A stretch of DNA of 37,341 nt from an uncultured Candidatus Saccharibacteria bacterium. Its GTDB lineage: Bacteria > Patescibacteriota > Minisyncoccia > JAHISW01 > Tagabacteraceae. This document shows positions 32,634-37,341 of this stretch, piece by piece; position 1 is the first letter of the stretch; each line of letters begins with the position of its first letter. Made by a program: the position numbers and the translations under genes. Under the pieces are notes generated by a model. The model saw only the letters and a list, made by a program, of their open reading frames with translations. It ran no database searches and was not told the DNA's origin. The DNA is taken from NCBI GenBank assembly GCA_964590835.1, contig CAZPYD010000004.1:6913-44253 (forward strand), in the 5' to 3' direction.

Positions 32634-33314
32634 TTGAAAACAGCAATTTTGATTCACGGGTGCCATCTGGAGGCAAACGGATGGAAAAACATTTTTTGGG
32701 GAGATCCTCAGAAAGGTATTTTGGGTCGTGCCCCTAAAGCATTTGATCTTTTTTGGAAAGAAGAAAATGTCGCTTTGATTTACTGGGGTACTGGCGCTTC
32801 TGAAAAAGATGGCAAGAAGGAAGCGAAATACTCTTTTGATTATGCTCTTGCAAGAGCGAATCAACTACCCGGTTTTAAGGGATTTGATACCCACCAAATT
32901 GAGAAAATTTTTGGGAAGTATTCGTATATCGATACTGTTTCTCAGAATACTCCTCAGGAGGTAGAAGGTGCTATTCATGTTTGTCGGGAAAAAGAGATTG
33001 AACGTTTGATTCTTGTTTCTTCTTCTACACATATCGCAAGGTGTCTGCAGTGCGCAGAGAAGGTTCGTTTTGAGCAGGGTTTTAAAGACCTGGAGATCGT
33101 GGCAATGGTGTCTGATATTTGTTATGCGGGTTCAACACCAGCTGATGTGTTGATTGTTGAACCTCCTCATCGTGGTGATCGAGCCGAGATTCCTCTGCAT
33201 AGAACCCTTAAACTGGCCATGTTTGCTAGGAAGATTTCTGAGGAAAATGCCCAGCGGTTCAATGCTGATCTGGTTTCTTTTCTTGAAAAGGAAAAGAAAA
33301 AATATCTTGGATAA
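32634..33314 (+). CDS. DUF218/YdcF-like (SanA/ElyC family) protein
   Basis: TTG start 5 nt after AGGAGG. LILVSSSTHIARC resembles the conserved DUF218 block. Confidence 0.55.
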   Translation: MKTAILIHGCHLEANGWKNIFWGDPQKGILGRAPKAFDLFWKEENVALIYWGTGASEKDGKKEAKYSFDYALARANQLPGFKGFDTHQIEKIFGKYSYIDTVSQNTPQEVEGAIHVCREKEIERLILVSSSTHIARCLQCAEKVRFEQGFKDLEIVAMVSDICYAGSTPADVLIVEPPHRGDRAEIPLHRTLKLAMFARKISEENAQRFNADLVSFLEKEKKKYLG

Positions 33315-33330
33315 CCAAAAGTAGTTAAAA

Positions 33331-33356
33331 GGCGGCACTTTGTGCCGTCTTTTTTT
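33331..33356 (+). terminator. Rho-independent terminator
   Basis: GGCGGCAC-TTT-GTGCCGTC followed by TTTTTTT. Confidence 0.8.
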
Positions 33357-33412
33357 ATTGCTTTTTATTGTTATAATTAAAATATCGCTTTAATTTTAAT
33401 TAAATAATTTTT

Positions 33413-34588
33413 ATGAAAAAAATATTGATATTTTCGCTTGCGTACTATCCTAGTAATGTTAGTGGGGCAGAAGCTGCTATAAAAGAAATTACAGACAGGA
33501 CTGATCCGAGTGATTATGAATTTCATATGATAACTCTTTTGTTTGATAAATCTCTTGGTCGCCATGAAAAAATAGGGAATGTTGATATCCATAGGGTGGG
33601 TTTTGGATCTTTGTATCTTTCAAAGATATTGTTTATTCCATTAGCGGTATTAAAAGCACTTAAGTTACATAGAGAAAATAAATTTGATGCCATATGGTCT
33701 ATGATGACATACATGCTTTTTCCCGTTTCTCTTTTGAGGTTTTTGGGTTTGCGTATTCCTTATGTTCTAACTCTCCAGGACGGAGACTCTTTTGATAAAG
33801 TTTTTAAAAGGTTTTTTATTAGACCTCTTGCCCCTCTTTTGGATTATGGGTTTAGGAATGCTTCTTTAGTACAGGCTATATCAAGTCACCTTGCACAGTG
33901 GCCAAAATTACGTGGTTATAAGGGTGAAGTGATTAAGATACATAATGGAGCGAACCCACGAGATGTGGCGGCTGTTTTTGATGAGCAGGAGATTGAAAAT
34001 CTTAAAAAAGAATTAGGTAAGAAAGAAGGGGATATATTTTTAGTTAATACTGCTAGATTGGCTTACCAAAAAGCGACCAATATTACTATTCAGTCATTAA
34101 AGATGTTGCCGGAGCATGTAAAGTTTTTGGTTGTAGGAGGAGGTGATGAAGAGGAAATGCTTAAAAACTTGGTAAAAGAATTAGGTTTGGAAGATAGGGT
34201 TATTTTTACCGGAATGGTAGATCGTTCAGTAGTTTCAAATTACAGAAAGGCTTCGGATATTTTTGTATGCCCTAGTCGCTCTGAAGGTCTTGGTAACGCC
34301 TTTCTTTCAGCCATGGCTTCAAAATTACCGGTGATTGCTACTCAGGCAGGAGGAATAAAAGAATTTTTGTTTGATAAAAAACACAATCCAGAAAAAACAG
34401 AAACGGGTTGGGTGGTAGAAAAAGATAAGCCGGAACAAATTGCAGAAGCTGTTAAAGATATTTTAGCTAACCCAGAAAAAGTAGCCCGAATCACCAAAGA
34501 TGCTCGAGCGATGGTTTTGAGGAAATTTAATTGGGATATGGTGGCCAAAGATATGAAAGAAAAAGTCTTTGATCAAGTTATAAAATAA
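33413..34588 (+). CDS. GT4-family glycosyltransferase
   Basis: 391 aa with PSRSEGLGNAFLSAMASKLPVIATQAGGIKEFL (E-x7-E region). Confidence 0.88.
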   Translation: MKKILIFSLAYYPSNVSGAEAAIKEITDRTDPSDYEFHMITLLFDKSLGRHEKIGNVDIHRVGFGSLYLSKILFIPLAVLKALKLHRENKFDAIWSMMTYMLFPVSLLRFLGLRIPYVLTLQDGDSFDKVFKRFFIRPLAPLLDYGFRNASLVQAISSHLAQWPKLRGYKGEVIKIHNGANPRDVAAVFDEQEIENLKKELGKKEGDIFLVNTARLAYQKATNITIQSLKMLPEHVKFLVVGGGDEEEMLKNLVKELGLEDRVIFTGMVDRSVVSNYRKASDIFVCPSRSEGLGNAFLSAMASKLPVIATQAGGIKEFLFDKKHNPEKTETGWVVEKDKPEQIAEAVKDILANPEKVARITKDARAMVLRKFNWDMVAKDMKEKVFDQVIK

Positions 34589-34590
34589 TT

Positions 34591-35127
34591 ATGAATATTG
34601 TAGAAAAAGCCGCTCGTATAGCTATTGTGGCCCACAAAGATCAAAAAAGGAAAGATGATGAGTTTCCTTATATTATACATCCCTTTATGGTTGCTAATAA
34701 ATTAGCTCAATATGGTTTTTCAGATAAAGTAATTGCGGCTGGTTTAGTACACGATATTTTAGAGGACTCTGATTTTACTCGAGAAAAATTAGTTGAAGAG
34801 CTGGGGGTAGGTGTTGTTGGTATCATTGATGCAATTTCTGAAGATAAAAATTTAGAATGGGAGTTGCGAAAAGAAAGATATGCTCAAGACTTAGCTAAAG
34901 CTTCGATTGAGACTAAGGCTGTTTCAGTTGCAGACAAGATTCATAATATGGAAAATATGATAGAAGCCTACAAGAGAGAGGGAGAAGGATTGTGGGAAAA
35001 ATTTAGTCGAGGCAAAGAAAAGAAAATCTGGTTTGAGGATTTAGTTCTTCAGGCTTTGAAAAATTCTTGGGATTTTCCTTTGGTTGATGAATATAAGTCT
35101 CTCTTAAAAAAGTTAAAATCAATGTAG
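34591..35127 (+). CDS. HD-domain (p)ppGpp hydrolase-like protein (small alarmone hydrolase / SpoT-HD type)
   Basis: AARIAIVAHKDQKRKDDEFPYIIHPFMVANKL...AAGLVHDILEDS matches the RelA/SpoT hydrolase-domain pattern. It is 178 aa and has no synthetase domain. Confidence 0.75.
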   Translation: MNIVEKAARIAIVAHKDQKRKDDEFPYIIHPFMVANKLAQYGFSDKVIAAGLVHDILEDSDFTREKLVEELGVGVVGIIDAISEDKNLEWELRKERYAQDLAKASIETKAVSVADKIHNMENMIEAYKREGEGLWEKFSRGKEKKIWFEDLVLQALKNSWDFPLVDEYKSLLKKLKSM

Positions 35128-36198
35128 TTTTTGTTGTCGGATTTTTTCTTCCTCGCTACGTAGTGAGTTCCTTATTTTTATATAATTATTTACTTCTTCT
35201 TTGGATACTTGTTTTTGAGCAAGTGTTGCTTCTAGAACTTTTGTCCAAAAATCAATTCTTGCTTCTGTGAGAAGTTTGATGTTATCAGATGTTTTATCGA
35301 GAAGTTTTGTATAATACCAGATTATTTCTCCTAGTCTATATATTCTCATTAGCCACAGAGATTGGCGCTCTTCCTTTGTTCTATTTTTTTGAAGATAAGA
35401 AACCAATGCGTTTTCCAGTGGCCTATTGTAGAGTGTCATAAAGTTAAGAAACCTTGCCCATCCTTCATGCTTGTTTCCAAACCTAAAAGAAGATGTGTCT
35501 AACAGATAAACATCTCCATTTTTTATAATAATTTTTTAAGGCACAATGACCAATTGAGAAAGAAATTTGAAGTATAGATTAATTGTATCTGCATTTTTTT
35601 CTAGTTTGTTTTGTGCTTCAGACAGTAATCGTTTTATTTTTGAGTCTTTGATTTTTAGTAGAATATTTTTTTGATTGTTTTTAAAAGACTTAATATAATC
35701 TTTTGCGTTCATTTGGCCAAAATATTTTTTGATTGTTTTGGAATGTTCAGATGTTGTTGCGTGGACCCCTTCTTGGATTTCAAAAATTTTAAGAGCAAGG
35801 AAGAATTGTTCACGAAGAGAGTGTTCTAAAAATTTTTTATCTTGTTCAATAAAAGAGGTTACTAAAATCAGATAACCATTTTTTTGAGTAAATAATATTT
35901 CTTTGGGAAAATTGAAAACATGGTATGCGAATTTTATTTCTTCTAGAATATTTTTCGATGCTCTTTCTTTTCTTATTTCTTTTATACCGGAAGGATGACT
36001 ACTTACTTTGATAATAACTTTATCGTTTGTTTTTTTATTTCTGCCCAAAAGGACTAGTTTTTTGCCACCAATCAAATATCTTTCACCTAATACATGAATT
36101 TGACTTTCTTCCAATGAAAAGCCCAGATCATTTAAAATTGACGAGGTTTTTTCCATTTCTTTTGCTATTTGTTTTTTCCAGTCTTCTGTTTTGTTCAT
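35119..36198 (-). pseudogene. Protein-kinase-fold (APH/phosphotransferase-like) gene interrupted by one in-frame TAA
   Basis: The track ORFs 35536-36198 and 35119-35439 share a frame. The stretch between them is open and reads KIIIKNGDVYLLDTSSFRFGNKHEGWARFLNF, which fits an APH-like Mg-binding region. The single stop is TAA at 35536-35538. The N-lobe pattern is GERYLIGGKKLVLLGR...KVIIKV. Confidence 0.6.
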
Positions 36199-36199
36199 G

Positions 36200-36892
36200 T
36201 TATTTTATTTTTCGAAATTCTTTTAGGAGTATTTTAATATGTTTTCCCCAAGAAGAATTTTCCTTGCTCTTTTTTTCTTCTAAGTTTTGCTGTTCAGCAG
36301 AAATAATTTCAAAAGGGTACTCTAATACCTTTTTCCTTGGGTTTGTATTGATTAAGATTTTTTCTTTTTTAATTTTGTATTTTTCTATTAGAGTTTTTCT
36401 TAGTTCTTCTGTTGGTGCAAATATTTTTTTAGATCTTTTTAATACAAATCTTTGGAGAGGTATTAAGAGTCTTATTTTTAAGTTTTTAGGTGGTTTTTTG
36501 AAAAAGTTTTTAAGATTTTTTCGAGTTAGTTTTAATTGTTTAGATCTTTCCCAGCTTTCGTCACTTAAGAATCTTACTATTACAGGTTTTCTTCTTAAAA
36601 AACCAACAATAATTGCAGGGAACCCAGATGCTACAGCATTTTGAGAATATATTATGTCGGCACCGGCGGACTCTTTTAATAGTAGGTATGTATATTTTAG
36701 CAGTCGTAAGAGAAGAAGTTGTTTTTTGGTTGTTTTTTTGATTTTTACCTCTTTTATTTTTTCTACGAAGTTGGCATAGGCAACAATCGCAATTTTATGT
36801 TCATTGCTTAATTTGCTTGCCAGATTTTTTACATAAGGAGCCGGTTCGGCTATTTCTGGCGGGAATAGTGGTGTAGCTATTATAATTTTCAT
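36200..36892 (-). CDS. Glycosyltransferase N-terminal-domain-only protein (230 aa)
   Basis: MKIIIATPLFPPEIAEPAPYVKNL... is paralogous to the N-terminus of the divergent gene at 36987. No C-terminal E-x7-E domain is present. Confidence 0.6.
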   Translation of the reverse strand: MKIIIATPLFPPEIAEPAPYVKNLASKLSNEHKIAIVAYANFVEKIKEVKIKKTTKKQLLLLRLLKYTYLLLKESAGADIIYSQNAVASGFPAIIVGFLRRKPVIVRFLSDESWERSKQLKLTRKNLKNFFKKPPKNLKIRLLIPLQRFVLKRSKKIFAPTEELRKTLIEKYKIKKEKILINTNPRKKVLEYPFEIISAEQQNLEEKKSKENSSWGKHIKILLKEFRKIK

Positions 36893-36986
36893 TAAATAAT
36901 CCTATAATTAAGGATACATGTTAATCTACAAATAATAAACGTTTTGTGGTTGACTGTGTTTATTATTTATTTTATAAATATAAAGC

Positions 36987-37341
36987 ATGAGAGTTTTAAT
37001 TGCAACAGGTATATATCCGCCGGATATTGGCGGACCTGCGACATACAGCAAGTTGCTTTTTGAAGAACTGCCCAAGCGTGGCTTAAGGGTGGGTATTTTG
37101 AGTTTTGGTGAAGTTAGAAAATGGCCTAAAATAGTTCGACATTTTGTTTATTTTTTGAAAGTTTTAAGGGCAGGCAGGCAGGCTGATGTTATTTATGCAC
37201 AAGACCCTGTGAGTGTTGGTTTGCCAGCTTGTTTGGCTTCTAAAATTTTAGGCAAAAAATTTATTTTAAAAGTGGTGGGTGATTATGCATGGGAGCAATA
37301 TCAGCAGAAAAAAGGAGTAGGGTTTGTTTTGCCTGAAAATT
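36987..37341 (+). CDS. GT4-like glycosyltransferase, 5' part (runs off the window)
   Basis: MRVLIATGIYPPDIGGPATYSKLLFEELPKRG...DVIYAQDPVSVGLPA. The frame stays open to the window end. Confidence 0.7.
   Translation, partial: MRVLIATGIYPPDIGGPATYSKLLFEELPKRGLRVGILSFGEVRKWPKIVRHFVYFLKVLRAGRQADVIYAQDPVSVGLPACLASKILGKKFILKVVGDYAWEQYQQKKGVGFVLPEN

Noticed and set aside
36027-36644. 205-aa plus-strand ORF from the track
   Set aside because: It is F/L/S-rich and low-complexity, and it lies antisense across two well-supported minus-strand genes (kinase-like and GT N-domain). It is a shadow ORF of AT-rich coding DNA.

Overview
The window is AT-rich, tightly packed and mostly plus-strand. It reads like a reduced-genome bacterium. 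My guess is Patescibacteria/CPR, based only on gene content and architecture, and I cannot verify it without a database search. The genetic code is standard, because TGA, TAG and TAA each terminate well-supported genes.

Positions 1-24000 are mainly housekeeping: M16 peptidase, AI-2E transporter, metG, tatD, tRNA-Thr, a shortened prfB, ftsEX, an HD hydrolase, tRNA-Gln, cyclophilin, a MacAB-like efflux set (adaptor, ATPase, two permeases), ddl, tRNA-Ala, SPFH protein, efp, an ECF sigma factor and leuS.

Positions 24000-29900 hold what I consider the best candidate for an undescribed system. It consists of a sigma-region-4/HARE-HTH protein, a membrane-anchored protein of unknown family, a VirD4/TraD-like P-loop ATPase that lacks TM helices and carries a CxxC-x17-CxxH zinc ribbon, and an LTD-PKD-LTD surface protein. 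There is no other conjugation or T4SS machinery in the window. The LTD gene is bracketed by a ~135-bp structured repeat whose paired ends show compensatory substitutions.

Positions 29985-37341 are a glycan-biosynthesis cluster. It contains two genes that are each broken by a single in-frame stop codon.

Other items worth a second look:
- An AbrB-like gene with a CorA-topology membrane gene behind a 3 x 12-bp ACGT-palindrome operator.
- A ~400-nt GC-enriched non-coding element closed by a ~30-bp inverted repeat.
- A family of GC-rich (CCTG)n/(CAGG)n palindromic elements that also sit in frame inside three CDSs, each time encoding AGRQ.

All product calls come from motif recognition in the supplied translations. 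No searches were run.
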